Source of the DNA: Auanema rhodensis
Taxonomy: Eukaryota > Animalia > Nematoda
NCBI GenBank assembly: GCA_964057225.1
Contig: OZ059895.1
Span: forward strand, 3,162,001 to 3,226,000
DNA length: 64,000 nucleotides
Direction: 5' to 3'
Below the pieces are notes generated by a model, which did no database searches, was not told the DNA's origin, and was given only the letters and a program-made list of their open reading frames with translations. Every line of letters starts with the position of its first letter. Positions within the stretch are counted from its first letter, which is position 1. This document shows positions 40,401-54,900 of this stretch, one piece after another. The position numbers and the translations under genes were made by a program.

Positions 40401-43400
40401 GTAGGCTAGTAAAACATGCCCTTCAAAGCATCAGAACATGTGATCACATTCCAATTTTTTTGTATCTATCTTGTGAAGATAGTAATATATCATATGTTGA
40501 ACACTATGTTGGAAAGATTTTAATTCAGATTTACGAACTTTTATTCAGTTTGTTTTTTAAACTTTGATTAAGAACTTTGATTTTTGTACACCCATAAATT
40601 ATACGCAGCACAGGTTACCCTTAATTAATGAACTGACCGACTAATCAGACATGGATCTTTCCAAGTTCTGTTGCTTGAACGGATGTTTTCCTACGTAGGC
40701 TAGTAAAACATGCCCTTCAAAGCATCAGAACATGTGATCACATTCCAATTTTTTTGTATCTATCTTGTAAAGATAGTAATATATCATATGTTGAACACTA
40801 TGTTGGAAAGATTTTAATTCAGATTTTCTAACTTTTATTCAGTTTGTTTTCTAAACTTTGATTAAGAACTTTGATTTTTGTACACCCATAAATTATACGC
40901 AGCACAGGTTACCCTTGAATAATGAACTGACCGACTAATCAGACATGGATCTTTCCTAGTTCTGTTGCTTGAATGGATGTTTTCCTACGTAGGCTAGTAA
41001 AACATGCCCTTCAAAGCATCAGAACATGTGATCACATTCCAATTTTTTTGAAATCTATCTTGTAAAGATAGTAATAAACTTTGATTTTTGTACACCCATA
41101 AATTATACGCAGCACAGGTTACCCTTAAATAATGAACTGACCGACTAATCAGACATGGATCTTTCCTAGTTCTGTTGCTTGAATGGATGTTTTCCTACGT
41201 AGGCTAGTAAAACATGCCCTTCAAAGCATCAGAACATGTGATCACATTCCAATTTTTTTGTATCTATCTTGTAAAGATAATAATATATCATATGTTGAAC
41301 ACTATGTTGGAAAGATTTTAATTCACATTTTTTCAACTTTCACTCAATTTGTTTTCTAAACTTTGATTAAGAACTTTGATTTTTGTACACCCATAAATTA
41401 TACGCAGCACAGGTTACTCTTGAATAATGAACTGACCGACTAATCAGACATGGATCTTTCCTAGTTCTGTTGCTTGAATGGATGTTTTCCTACGTAGGCT
41501 AGTAAAACATGCCCTTCAAAGCATCAGAACATGTGATCACATTCCAATTTTTTTGTATCTATCTTGTAAAGATAGTAATAAACTTTGATTTTTGTACACC
41601 CATAAATTATACGCAGCACAGGTTACCCTTAAATAATGAACTGACCGACTAATCAGACATGGATCTTTCCTAGTTCTGTTGCTTGAATGGATGTTTTCCT
41701 ACGTAGGCTAGTAAAACATGCCCTTCAAAGCATCAGAACATGTGACCACATTCCAATTTTTTTGTATCTATCTTGTAAAGATAATAATATATCATATGTT
41801 GAACACAATGTTGGAAAGATTTTAATTCACATTTTTTCAACTTTCACTCAATTTGTTTTCTAAACTTTGATTAAGAACTTTGATTTTTGTACACCCATAA
41901 ATTATACGCAGCACAGGTTACCCTTGAATAATGAACTGACCGACTAATCAGACATGGATCTTTCCTAGTTCTGTTGCTTGAATGGATGTTTTCCTACGTA
42001 GGCTAGTAAAACATGCCCTTCAAAGCATCAGAACATGTGATCACATTCCAATTTTTTTGAAATCTATCTTGTAAAGATAGTAATAAACTTTGATTTTTGT
42101 ACACCCATAAATTATACGCAGCACAGGTTACCCTTAAATAATGAACTGACCGACTAATCAGACATGGATCTTTCCTAGTTCTGTTGCTTGAATGGATGTT
42201 TTCCTACGTAGGCTAGTAAAACATGCCCTTCAAAGCATCAGAACATGTGATCACATTCCAATTTTTTTGTATCTTTCTTGTAAAGATAGTAATATATCAT
42301 ATGTTGAACACTATGTTGGAAAGATTTTAATTCAGATTTTCGAACTTTTATTCAGTTTGTTTTTTAAACTTTGATTAAGAACTTTGATTTTTGTACACCC
42401 ATAAATTATACGCAGCACAGGTTACCCTTAATTAATGAACTGACCGACTAATCAGACATGGATCTTTCCAAGTTCTGTTGCTTGAACGGATGTTTTCCTA
42501 CGAAGGCTAGTAAAACATGCCCTTCAAAGCATCAGAACATGTGATCACATTCCAATTTTTTTGTATCTATCTTGTAAAGATAGTAATAAACTTTGATTTT
42601 TGTACACCCATAAATTATACGCAGCACAGGTTACTCTTGAATAATGAACTGACCGACTAATCAGACATGGATCTTTCCTAGTTCTGTTGCTTGAATGGAT
42701 GTTTTCCTACGTAGGCTAGTAAAACATGCCCTTCAAAGCATCAGAACATGTGATCACATTCCAATTTTTTTGTATCTATCTTGTAAAGATAGTAATAAAC
42801 TTTGATTTTTGTACACCCATAAATTATACGCAGCACAGGTTACCCTTAAATAATGAACTGACCGACTAATCAGACATGGATCTTTCCTAGTTCTGTTGCT
42901 TGAATGGATGTTTTCCTACGTAGGCTAGTAAAACATGCCCTTCAAAGCATCAGAACATGTGACCACATTCCAATTTTTTTGTATCTATCTTGTAAAGATA
43001 ATAATATATCATATGTTGAACACAATGTTGGAAAGATTTTAATTCACATTTTTTCAACTTTCACTCAATTTGTTTTCTAAACTTTGATTAAGAACTTTGA
43101 TTTTTGTACACCCATAAATTATACGCAGCACAGGTTACCCTTGAATAATGAACTGACCGACTAATCAGACATGGATCTTTCCTAGTTCTGTTGCTTGAAT
43201 GGATGTTTTCCTACGTAGGCTAGTAAAACATGCCCTTCAAAGCATCAGAACATGTGATCACATTCCAATTTTTTTGAAATCTATCTTGTAAAGATAGTAA
43301 TAAACTTTGATTTTTGTACACCCATAAATTATACGCAGCACAGGTTACCCTTAAATAATGAACTGACCGACTAATCAGACATGGATCTTTCCTAGTTCTG

Positions 43401-46400
43401 TTGCTTGAATGGATGTTTTCCTACGTAGGCTAGTAAAACATGCCCTTCAAAGCATCAGAACATGTGATCACATTCCAATTTTTTTGTATCTTTCTTGTAA
43501 AGATAGTAATATATCATATGTTGAACACTATGTTGGAAAGATTTTAATTCAGATTTTCGAACTTTTATTCAGTTTGTTTTTTAAACTTTGATTAAGAACT
43601 TTGATTTTTGTACACCCATAAATTATACGCAGCACAGGTTACCCTTAATTAATGAACTGACCGACTAATCAGACATGGATCTTTCCAAGTTCTGTTGCTT
43701 GAACGGATGTTTTCCTACGAAGGCTAGTAAAACATGCCCTTCAAAGCATCAGAACATGTGATCACATTCCAATTTTTTTGTATCTATCTTGTGAAGATAG
43801 TAATATATCATATGTTGAACACTATGTTGGAAAGATTTTAATTCAGATTTACGAACTTTTATTCAGTTTGTTTTTTAAACTTTGATTAAGAACTTTGATT
43901 TTTGTACACCCATAAATTATACGCAGCACAGGTTACCCTTAATTAATGAACTGACCGACTAATCAGACATGGATCTTTCCAAGTTCTGTTGCTTGAACGG
44001 ATGTTTTCCTACGTAGGCTAGTAAAACATGCCCTTCAAAGCATCAGAACATGTGATCACATTCCAATTTTTTTGTATCTATCTTGTAAAGATAGTAATAT
44101 ATCATATGTTGAACACTATGTTGGAAAGATTTTAATTCAGATTTTCTAACTTTTATTCAGTTTGTTTTCTAAACTTTGATTAAGAACTTTGATTTTTGTA
44201 CACCCATAAATTATACGCAGCACAGGTTACCCTTGAATAATGAACTGACCGACTAATCAGACATGGATCTTTCCTAGTTCTGTTGCTTGAATGGATGTTT
44301 TCCTACGTAGGCTAGTAAAACATGCCCTTCAAAGCATCAGAACATGTGATCACATTCCAATTTTTTTGAAATCTATCTTGTAAAGATAGTAATAAACTTT
44401 GATTTTTGTACACCCATAAATTATACGCAGCACAGGTTACCCTTAAATAATGAACTGACCGACTAATCAGACATGGATCTTTCCTAGTTCTGTTGCTTGA
44501 ATGGATGTTTTCCTACGTAGGCTAGTAAAACATGCCCTTCAAAGCATCAGAACATGTGATCACATTCCAATTTTTTTGTATCTATCTTGTAAAGATAATA
44601 ATATATCATATGTTGAACACTATGTTGGAAAGATTTTAATTCACATTTTTTCAACTTTCACTCAATTTGTTTTCTAAACTTTGATTAAGAACTTTGATTT
44701 TTGTACACCCATAAATTATACGCAGCACAGGTTACTCTTGAATAATGAACTGACCGACTAATCAGACATGGATCTTTCCTAGTTCTGTTGCTTGAATGGA
44801 TGTTTTCCTACGTAGGCTAGTAAAACATGCCCTTCAAAGCATCAGAACATGTGATCACATTCCAATTTTTTTGTATCTATCTTGTAAAGATAGTAATAAA
44901 CTTTGATTTTTGTACACCCATAAATTATACGCAGCACAGGTTACCCTTAAATAATGAACTGACCGACTAATCAGACATGGATCTTTCCTAGTTCTGTTGC
45001 TTGAATGGATGTTTTCCTACGTAGGCTAGTAAAACATGCCCTTCAAAGCATCAGAACATGTGACCACATTCCAATTTTTTTGTATCTATCTTGTAAAGAT
45101 AATAATATATCATATGTTGAACACAATGTTGGAAAGATTTTAATTCACATTTTTTCAACTTTCACTCAATTTGTTTTCTAAACTTTGATTAAGAACTTTG
45201 ATTTTTGTACACCCATAAATTATACGCAGCACAGGTTACCCTTGAATAATGAACTGACCGACTAATCAGACATGGATCTTTCCTAGTTCTGTTGCTTGAA
45301 TGGATGTTTTCCTACGTAGGCTAGTAAAACATGCCCTTCAAAGCATCAGAACATGTGATCACATTCCAATTTTTTTGAAATCTATCTTGTAAAGATAGTA
45401 ATAAACTTTGATTTTTGTACACCCATAAATTATACGCAGCACAGGTTACCCTTAAATAATGAACTGACCGACTAATCAGACATGGATCTTTCCTAGTTCT
45501 GTTGCTTGAATGGATGTTTTCCTACGTAGGCTAGTAAAACATGCCCTTCAAAGCATCAGAACATGTGATCACATTCCAATTTTTTTGTATCTTTCTTGTA
45601 AAGATAGTAATATATCATATGTTGAACACTATGTTGGAAAGATTTTAATTCAGATTTTCGAACTTTTATTCAGTTTGTTTTTTAAACTTTGATTAAGAAC
45701 TTTGATTTTTGTACACCCATAAATTATACGCAGCACAGGTTACCCTTAATTAATGAACTGACCGACTAATCAGACATGGATCTTTCCAAGTTCTGTTGCT
45801 TGAACGGATGTTTTCCTACGAAGGCTAGTAAAACATGCCCTTCAAAGCATCAGAACATGTGATCACATTCCAATATTTTTGTATCTATCTTGTAAAGATA
45901 GTAATATATCATATGTTGAACACTATGTTGGAAAGATTTTAATTCAGATTTTCTAACTTTTATTCAGTTTGTTTTTTAAACTTTGATTAAGAACTTTGAT
46001 TTTTGTACACCCATAAATTATACGCAGCACAGGTTACCCTTAATTAATGAACTGACCGACTAATCAGACATGGATCTTTCCAAGTTCTGTTGCTTGAACG
46101 GATGTTTTCCTACGAAGGCTAGTAAAACATGCCCTTCAAAGCATCAGAACATGTGATCACATTCCAATATTTTTGTATCTATCTTGTAAAGATAGTAATA
46201 TATCATATGTTGAACACTATGTTGGAAAGATTTTAATTCAGATTTTCTAACTTTTATTCAGTTTGTTTTTTAAACTTTGATTAAGAACTTTGATTTTTGT
46301 ACACCCATAAATTATACGCAGCACAGGTTACACTTAAATAATGAACTGACCGACTAATCAGACATGGATCTTTCCTAGTTCTGTTGCTTGAATGGATGTT

Positions 46401-48219
46401 TTCCTACGTAGGCTAGTAAAACATGCCCTTCAAAGCATCAGAACATGTGATCACATTCCAATTTTTTTGTATCTATCTTGTGAAGATAGTAATATATCAT
46501 ATGTTGAACACTATGTTGGAAAGATTTTAATTCAGATTTACGAACTTTTATTCAGTTTGTTTTTTAAACTTTGATTAAGAACTTTGATTTTTGTACACCC
46601 ATAAATTATACGCAGCACAGGTTACCCTTAATTAATGAACTGACCGACTAATCAGACATGGATCTTTCCAAGTTCTGTTGCTTGAACGGATGTTTTCCTA
46701 CGTAGGCTAGTAAAACATGCCCTTCAAAGCATCAGAACATGTGATCACATTCCAATTTTTTTGTATCTATCTTGTAAAGATAGTAATATATCATATGTTG
46801 AACACTATGTTGGAAAGATTTTAATTCAGATTTTCTAACTTTTATTCAGTTTGTTTTCTAAACTTTGATTAAGAACTTTGATTTTTGTACACCCATAAAT
46901 TATACGCAGCACAGGTTACCCTTGAATAATGAACTGACCGACTAATCAGACATGGATCTTTCCTAGTTCTGTTGCTTGAATGGATGTTTTCCTACGTAGG
47001 CTAGTAAAACATGCCCTTCAAAGCATCAGAACATGTGATCACATTCCAATTTTTTTGAAATCTATCTTGTAAAGATAGTAATAAACTTTGATTTTTGTAC
47101 ACCCATAAATTATACGCAGCACAGGTTACCCTTAAATAATGAACTGACCGACTAATCAGACATGGATCTTTCCTAGTTCTGTTGCTTGAATGGATGTTTT
47201 CCTACGTAGGCTAGTAAAACATGCCCTTCAAAGCATCAGAACATGTGATCACATTCCAATTTTTTTGTATCTATCTTGTAAAGATAATAATATATCATAT
47301 GTTGAACACTATGTTGGAAAGATTTTAATTCACATTTTTTCAACTTTCACTCAATTTGTTTTCTAAACTTTGATTAAGAACTTTGATTTTTGTACACCCA
47401 TAAATTATACGCAGCACAGGTTACTCTTGAATAATGAACTGACCGACTAATCAGACATGGATCTTTCCTAGTTCTGTTGCTTGAATGGATGTTTTCCTAC
47501 GTAGGCTAGTAAAACATGCCCTTCAAAGCATCAGAACATGTGATCACATTCCAATTTTTTTGTATCTATCTTGTAAAGATAGTAATAAACTTTGATTTTT
47601 GTACACCCATAAATTATACGCAGCACAGGTTACCCTTAAATAATGAACTGACCGACTAATCAGACATGGATCTTTCCTAGTTCTGTTGCTTGAATGGATG
47701 TTTTCCTACGTAGGCTAGTAAAACATGCCCTTCAAAGCATCAGAACATGTGACCACATTCCAATTTTTTTGTATCTATCTTGTAAAGATAATAATATATC
47801 ATATGTTGAACACAATGTTGGAAAGATTTTAATTCACATTTTTTCAACTTTCACTCAATTTGTTTTCTAAACTTTGATTAAGAACTTTGATTTTTGTACA
47901 CCCATAAATTATACGCAGCACAGGTTACCCTTGAATAATGAACTGACCGACTAATCAGACATGGATCTTTCCTAGTTCTGTTGCTTGAATGGATGTTTTC
48001 CTACGTAGGCTAGTAAAACATGCCCTTCAAAGCATCAGAACATGTGATCACATTCCAATTTTTTTGAAATCTATCTTGTAAAGATAGTAATAAACTTTGA
48101 TTTTTGTACACCCATAAATTATACGCAGCACAGGTTACCCTTAAATAATGAACTGACCGACTAATCAGACATGGATCTTTCCTAGTTCTGTTGCTTGAAT
48201 GGATGTTTTCCTACGTAGG
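37423..48219 (+). repeat. HOR derivatives in order: 8-mer (2101), 10-mer (2689), 5-mer (1217), 8-mer (2101), 10-mer (2689), forming a 6007 bp super-period
   Basis: Marker ORFs at 37402, 39503, 42192, 43409, 45510 and 48199. Four ORF pairs are offset by 6007. Confidence 0.92.
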
Positions 48220-48999
48220 CTAGTAAAACATGCCCTTCAAAGCATCAGAACATGTGATCACATTCCAATTTTTTTGTATCTTTCTTGTAAAGATAGTAAT
48301 ATATCATATGTTGAACACTATGTTGGAAAGATTTTAATTCAGATTTTCGAACTTTTATTCAGTTTGTTTTTTAAACTTTGATTAAGAACTTTGATTTTTG
48401 TACACCCATAAATTATACGCAGCACAGGTTACCCTTAATTAATGAACTGACCGACTAATCAGACATGGATCTTTCCAAGTTCTGTTGCTTGAACGGATGT
48501 TTTCCTACGAAGGCTAGTAAAACATGCCCTTCAAAGCATCAGAACATGTGATCACATTCCAATATTTTTGTATCTATCTTGTAAAGATAGTAATATATCA
48601 TATGTTGAACACTATGTTGGAAAGATTTTAATTCAGATTTTCTAACTTTTATTCAGTTTGTTTTTTAAACTTTGATTAAGAACTTTGATTTTTGTACACC
48701 CATAAATTATACGCAGCACAGGTTACACTTAAATAATGAACTGACCGACTAATCAGACATGGATCTTTCCTAGTTCTGTTGCTTGAATGGATGTTTTTCT
48801 ACGTAGGCTAGTAAAACATGCCCTTCAAAGCATCAGAACATGTGATCACATTCCAATTTTTTTGTATCTATCTTGTAAAGATAGTAATATATCATATGTT
48901 GAACACTATGTTGGAAAGATTTTAATTCAGATTTACGAACTTTTATTCAGTTTGTTTTTTAAACTTTGATTAAGAACTTTGATTTTTGTACACCCATAA

Positions 49000-51900
49000 A
49001 TTATACGCAGCACAGGTTACCCTTAATTAATGAACTGACCGACTAATCAGACATGGATCTTTCCAAGTTCTGTTGCTTGAACGGATGTTTTCCTACGTAG
49101 GCTAGTAAAACATGCCCTTCAAAGCATCAGAACATGTGATCACATTCCAATTTTTTTGTATCTATCTTGTAAAGATAGTAATATATCATATGTTGAACAC
49201 TATGTTGGAAAGATTTTAATTCAGATTTTCTAACTTTTATTCAGTTTGTTTTTTAAACTTTGATTAAGAACTTTGATTTTTGTACACCCATAAATTATAC
49301 GCAGCACAGGTTACCCTTAATTAATGAACTGACCGACTAATCAGACATGGATCTTTCCAAGTTCTGTTGCTTGAACGGATGTTTTCCTACGAAGGCTAGT
49401 AAAACATGCCCTTCAAAGCATCAGAACATGTGATCACATTCCAATATTTTTGTATCTATCTTGTAAAGATAGTAATATATCATATGTTGAACACTATGTT
49501 GGAAAGATTTTAATTCAGATTTTCTAACTTTTATTCAGTTTGTTTTTTAAACTTTGATTAAGAACTTTGATTTTTGTACACCCATAAATTATACGCAGCA
49601 CAGGTTACACTTAAATAATGAACTGACCGACTAATCAGACATGGATCTTTCCTAGTTCTGTTGCTTGAATGGATGTTTTCCTACGTAGGCTAGTAAAACA
49701 TGCCCTTCAAAGCATCAGAACATGTGATCACATTCCAATTTTTTTGTATCTATCTTGTAAAGATAGTAATATATCATATGTTGAACACTATGTTGGAAAG
49801 ATTTTAATTCAGATTTACGAACTTTTATTCAGTTTGTTTTTTAAACTTTGATTAAGAACTTTGATTTTTGTACACCCATAAATTATACGCAGCACAGGTT
49901 ACCCTTAATTAATGAACTGACCGACTAATCAGACTTGGATCTTTCCAAGTTCTGTTGCTTGAACGGATGTTTTCCTACGTAGGCTAGTAAAACATGCCCT
50001 TCAAAGCATCAGAACATGTGATCACATTCCAATTTTTTTGTATCTATCTTGTAAAGATAGTAATATATCATATGTTGAACACTATGTTGGAAAGATTTTA
50101 ATTCAGATTTTCTAACTTTTATTCAGTTTGTTTTTTAAACTTTGATTAAGAACTTTGATTTTTGTACACCCATAAATTATACGCAGCACAGGTTACCCTT
50201 GAATAATGAACTGACCGACTAATCAGACATGGATCTTTCCTAGTTCTGTTGCTTGAATGGATGTTTTCCTACGTAGGCTAGTAAAACATGCCCTTCAAAG
50301 CATCAGAACATGTGATCACATTCCAATTTTTTTGTATCTATCTTGTAAAGATAGTAATATATCATATGTTGAACACTATGTTGGAAAGATTTTAATTCAG
50401 ATTTTCTAACTTTTATTCAGTTTGTTTTTTAAACTTTGATTAAGAACTTTGATTTTTGTACACCCATAAATTATACGCAGCACAGGTTACCCTTAAATAA
50501 TGAACTGACCGACTAATCAGACATGGATCTTTCCTAGTTCTGTTGCTTGAATGGATGTTTTCCTACGTAGGCTAGTAAAACATGCCCTTCAAAGCATCAG
50601 AACATGTGATCACATTCCAATTTTTTTGAAATCTATCTTGTAAAGATAGTAATATATCATATGTTGAACACTATGTTGGAAAGATTTTAATTCAGATTTT
50701 TTCAACTTTCACTCAGTTTGTTTTCTAAACTTTGATTAAGAACCTTGTTGTTTGTACACCCATAAAATATACGCAGCACAGGTTACCCTTAAATAATGAA
50801 CTGACCGTCTAATCAGACATGGATCTTCCCAAGTTCTGTTGCTTGAATGGATGTTTTCCTACGTAGGCTAGTAAAACATGCCCTTCAAAGCATCAGAACA
50901 TGTGATCACATTCCAATTTTTTTGTATCTATCTTGTAAAGATAGTAATATATCATATGTTGAACACTATGTTGGAAAGATTTTAATTCAGATTTTCTAAC
51001 TTTTATTCAGTTTGTTTTTTAAACTTTGATTAAGAACTTTGATTTTTGTACAATCATAAATTATACGCAGCACAGGTTACCCTTAAATAATGAACTGACC
51101 GACTAATCAGACATGGATCTTTCCTAGTTCTGTTGCTTGAATGGATGTTTTCCTACGTAGGCTAGTAAAACATGCCCTTCAAAGCATCAGAACATGTGAT
51201 CACATTCCAATTTTTTTGTATCTATCTTGTAAAGATAATAATATATCATATGTTGAACACTATGTTGGAAAGATTTTAATTCACATTTTTTCAACTTTCA
51301 CTCAATTTGTTTTCTAAACTTTGATTAAGAACTTTGATTTTTGTACACCCATAAATTATACGCAGCACAGGTTACCCTTGAATAATGAACTGACCGACTA
51401 ATCAGACATGGATCTTTCCTAGTTCTGTTGCTTGAATGGATGTTTTCCTACGTAGGCTAGTAAAACATGCCCTTCAAAGCATCAGAACATGTGATCACAT
51501 TCCAATTTTTTTGAAATCTATCTTGTAAAGATAGTAATAAACTTTGATTTTTGTACACCCATAAATTATACGCAGCACAGGTTACCCTTAAATAATGAAC
51601 TGACCGACTAATCAGACATGGATCTTTCCTAGTTCTGTTGCTTGAATGGATGTTTTCCTACGTAGGCTAGTAAAACATGCCCTTCAAAGCATCAGAACAT
51701 GTGATCACATTCCAATTTTTTTGTATCTTTCTTGTAAAGATAGTAATATATCATATGTTGAACACTATGTTGGAAAGATTTTAATTCAGATTTTCGAACT
51801 TTTATTCAGTTTGTTTTTTAAACTTTGATTAAGAACTTTGATTTTTGTACACCCATAAATTATACGCAGCACAGGTTACCCTTAATTAATGAACTGACCG

Positions 51901-54900
51901 ACTAATCAGACATGGATCTTTCCAAGTTCTGTTGCTTGAACGGATGTTTTCCTACGAAGGCTAGTAAAACATGCCCTTCAAAGCATCAGAACATGTGATC
52001 ACATTCCAATATTTTTGTATCTATCTTGTAAAGATAGTAATATATCATATGTTGAACACTATGTTGGAAAGATTTTAATTCAGATTTTCTAACTTTTATT
52101 CAGTTTGTTTTTTAAACTTTGATTAAGAACTTTGATTTTTGTACACCCATAAATTATACGCAGCACAGGTTACACTTAAATAATGAACTGACCGACTAAT
52201 CAGACATGGATCTTTCCTAGTTCTGTTGCTTGAATGGATGTTTTCCTACGTAGGCTAGTAAAACATGCCCTTCAAAGCATCAGAACATGTGATCACATTC
52301 CAATTTTTTTGTATCTATCTTGTGAAGATAGTAATATATCATATGTTGAACACTATGTTGGAAAGATTTTAATTCAGATTTACGAACTTTTATTCAGTTT
52401 GTTTTTTAAACTTTGATTAAGAACTTTGATTTTTGTACACCCATAAATTATACGCAGCACAGGTTACCCTTAATTAATGAACTGACCGACTAATCAGACA
52501 TGGATCTTTCCAAGTTCTGTTGCTTGAACGGATGTTTTCCTACGTAGGCTAGTAAAACATGCCCTTCAAAGCATCAGAACATGTGATCACATTCCAATTT
52601 TTTTGTATCTATCTTGTAAAGATAGTAATATATCATATGTTGAACACTATGTTGGAAAGATTTTAATTCAGATTTTCTAACTTTTATTCAGTTTGTTTTC
52701 TAAACTTTGATTAAGAACTTTGATTTTTGTACACCCATAAATTATACGCAGCACAGGTTACCCTTGAATAATGAACTGACCGACTAATCAGACATGGATC
52801 TTTCCTAGTTCTGTTGCTTGAATGGATGTTTTCCTACGTAGGCTAGTAAAACATGCCCTTCAAAGCATCAGAACATGTGATCACATTCCAATTTTTTTGA
52901 AATCTATCTTGTAAAGATAGTAATAAACTTTGATTTTTGTACACCCATAAATTATACGCAGCACAGGTTACCCTTGAATAATGAACTGACCGACTAATCA
53001 GACATGGATCTTTCCTAGTTCTGTTGCTTGAATGGATGTTTTCCTACGTAGGCTAGTAAAACATGCCCTTCAAAGCATCAGAACATGTGATCACATTCCA
53101 ATTTTTTTGTATCTATCTTGTAAAGATAATAATATATCATATGTTGAACACTATGTTGGAAAGATTTTAATTCACATTTTTTCAACTTTCACTCAATTTG
53201 TTTTTTAAACTTTGATTAAGAACTTTGATTTTTGTACACCCATAAATTATACGCAGCACAGGTTACCCTTAAATAATGAACTGACCGACTAATCAGACAT
53301 GGATCTTTCCTAGTTCTGTTGCTTGAATGGATGTTTTCCTACGTAGGCTAGTAAAACATGCCCTTCAAAGCATCAGAACATGTGATCACATTCCAATTTT
53401 TTTGAAATCTATCTTGTAAAGATAGTAATATATCATATGTTGAACACTATGTTGGAAAGATTTTAATTCAGATTTTTTCAACTTTCACTCAGTTTGTTTT
53501 CTAAACTTTGATTAAGAACCTTGTTGTTTGTACACCCATAAAATATACGCAGCACAGGTTACCCTTAAATAATGAACTGACCGTCTAATCAGACATGGAT
53601 CTTCCCAAGTTCTGTTGCTTGAATGGATGTTTTCCTACGTAGGCTAGTAAAACATGCCCTTCAAAGCATCAGAACATGTGATCACATTCCAATTTTTTTG
53701 TATCTATCTTATAAAGATAGTAATATATCATATGTTGAACACTATGTTGAAAAGATTTTAATTCAGATTTTCTAACTTTTATTCAGTTTGTTTTTTAAAC
53801 TTTGATTAAGAACTTTGATTTTTGTACACCCATAAATTATACGCAGCACAGGTTACCCTTAAATAATGAACTGACCGACTAATCAGACATGGATCTTTCC
53901 TAGTTCTGTTGCTTGAATGGATGTTTTCCTACGTAGGCTAGTAAAACATGCCCTTCAAAGCATCAGAACATGTGATCACATTCCAATTTTTTTGAAATCT
54001 ATCTTGTAAAGATAGTAATAAACTTTGATTTTTGTACACCCATAAATTATACGCAGCACAGGTTACCCTTAAATAATGAACTGACCGACTAATCAGACAT
54101 GGATCTTTCCAAGTTCTGTTGCTTGAACGGATGTTTTCCTACGTAGGCTAGTAAAACATGCCCTTCAAAGCATCAGAACATGTGACCACATTCCAATTTT
54201 TTTGTATCTATCTTGTAAAGATAATAATATATCATATGTTGAACACTATGTTGGAAAGATTTTAATTCACATTTTTTCAACTTTCACTCAATTTGTTTTC
54301 TAAACTTTGATTAAGAACTTTGATTTTTGTACACCCATAAATTATACGCAGCACAGGTTACCCTTAATTAATGAACTGACCGACTAATCAGACATGGATC
54401 TTTCCAAGTTCTGTTGCTTGAACGGATGTTTTCCTACGTAGGCTAGTAAAACATGCCCTTCAAAGCATCAGAACATGTGATCACATTCCAATTTTTTTGT
54501 ATCTATCTTGTAAAGATAGTAATATATCATATGTTGAACACTATGTTGGAAAGATTTTAATTCAGATTTTCTAACTTTTATTCAGTTTGTTTTTTAAACT
54601 TTGATTAAGAACTTTGATTTTTGTACACCCATAAATTATACGCAGCACAGGTTACCCTTAATTAATGAACTGACCGACTAATCAGACATGGATCTTTCCA
54701 AGTTCTGTTGCTTGAACGGATGTTTTCCTACGAAGGCTAGTAAAACATGCCCTTCAAAGCATCAGAACATGTGATCACATTCCAATATTTTTGTATCTAT
54801 CTTGTAAAGATAGTAATATATCATATGTTGAACACTATGTTGGAAAGATTTTAATTCAGATTTTCTAACTTTTATTCAGTTTGTTTTTTAAACTTTGATT

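Noticed and set aside
37423-42212. 8-mer and 10-mer as reciprocal products of one unequal crossover (sum 4790 = 2x2395)
   Set aside because: The diagnostic alleles place the loss and the gain at different breakpoints.
30653-53348. Recurring 2776 bp spacing of the 296 bp monomer as one HOR
   Set aside because: The intervals 30653-33429 and 50572-53348 have different monomer composition, so the equal length is coincidental.
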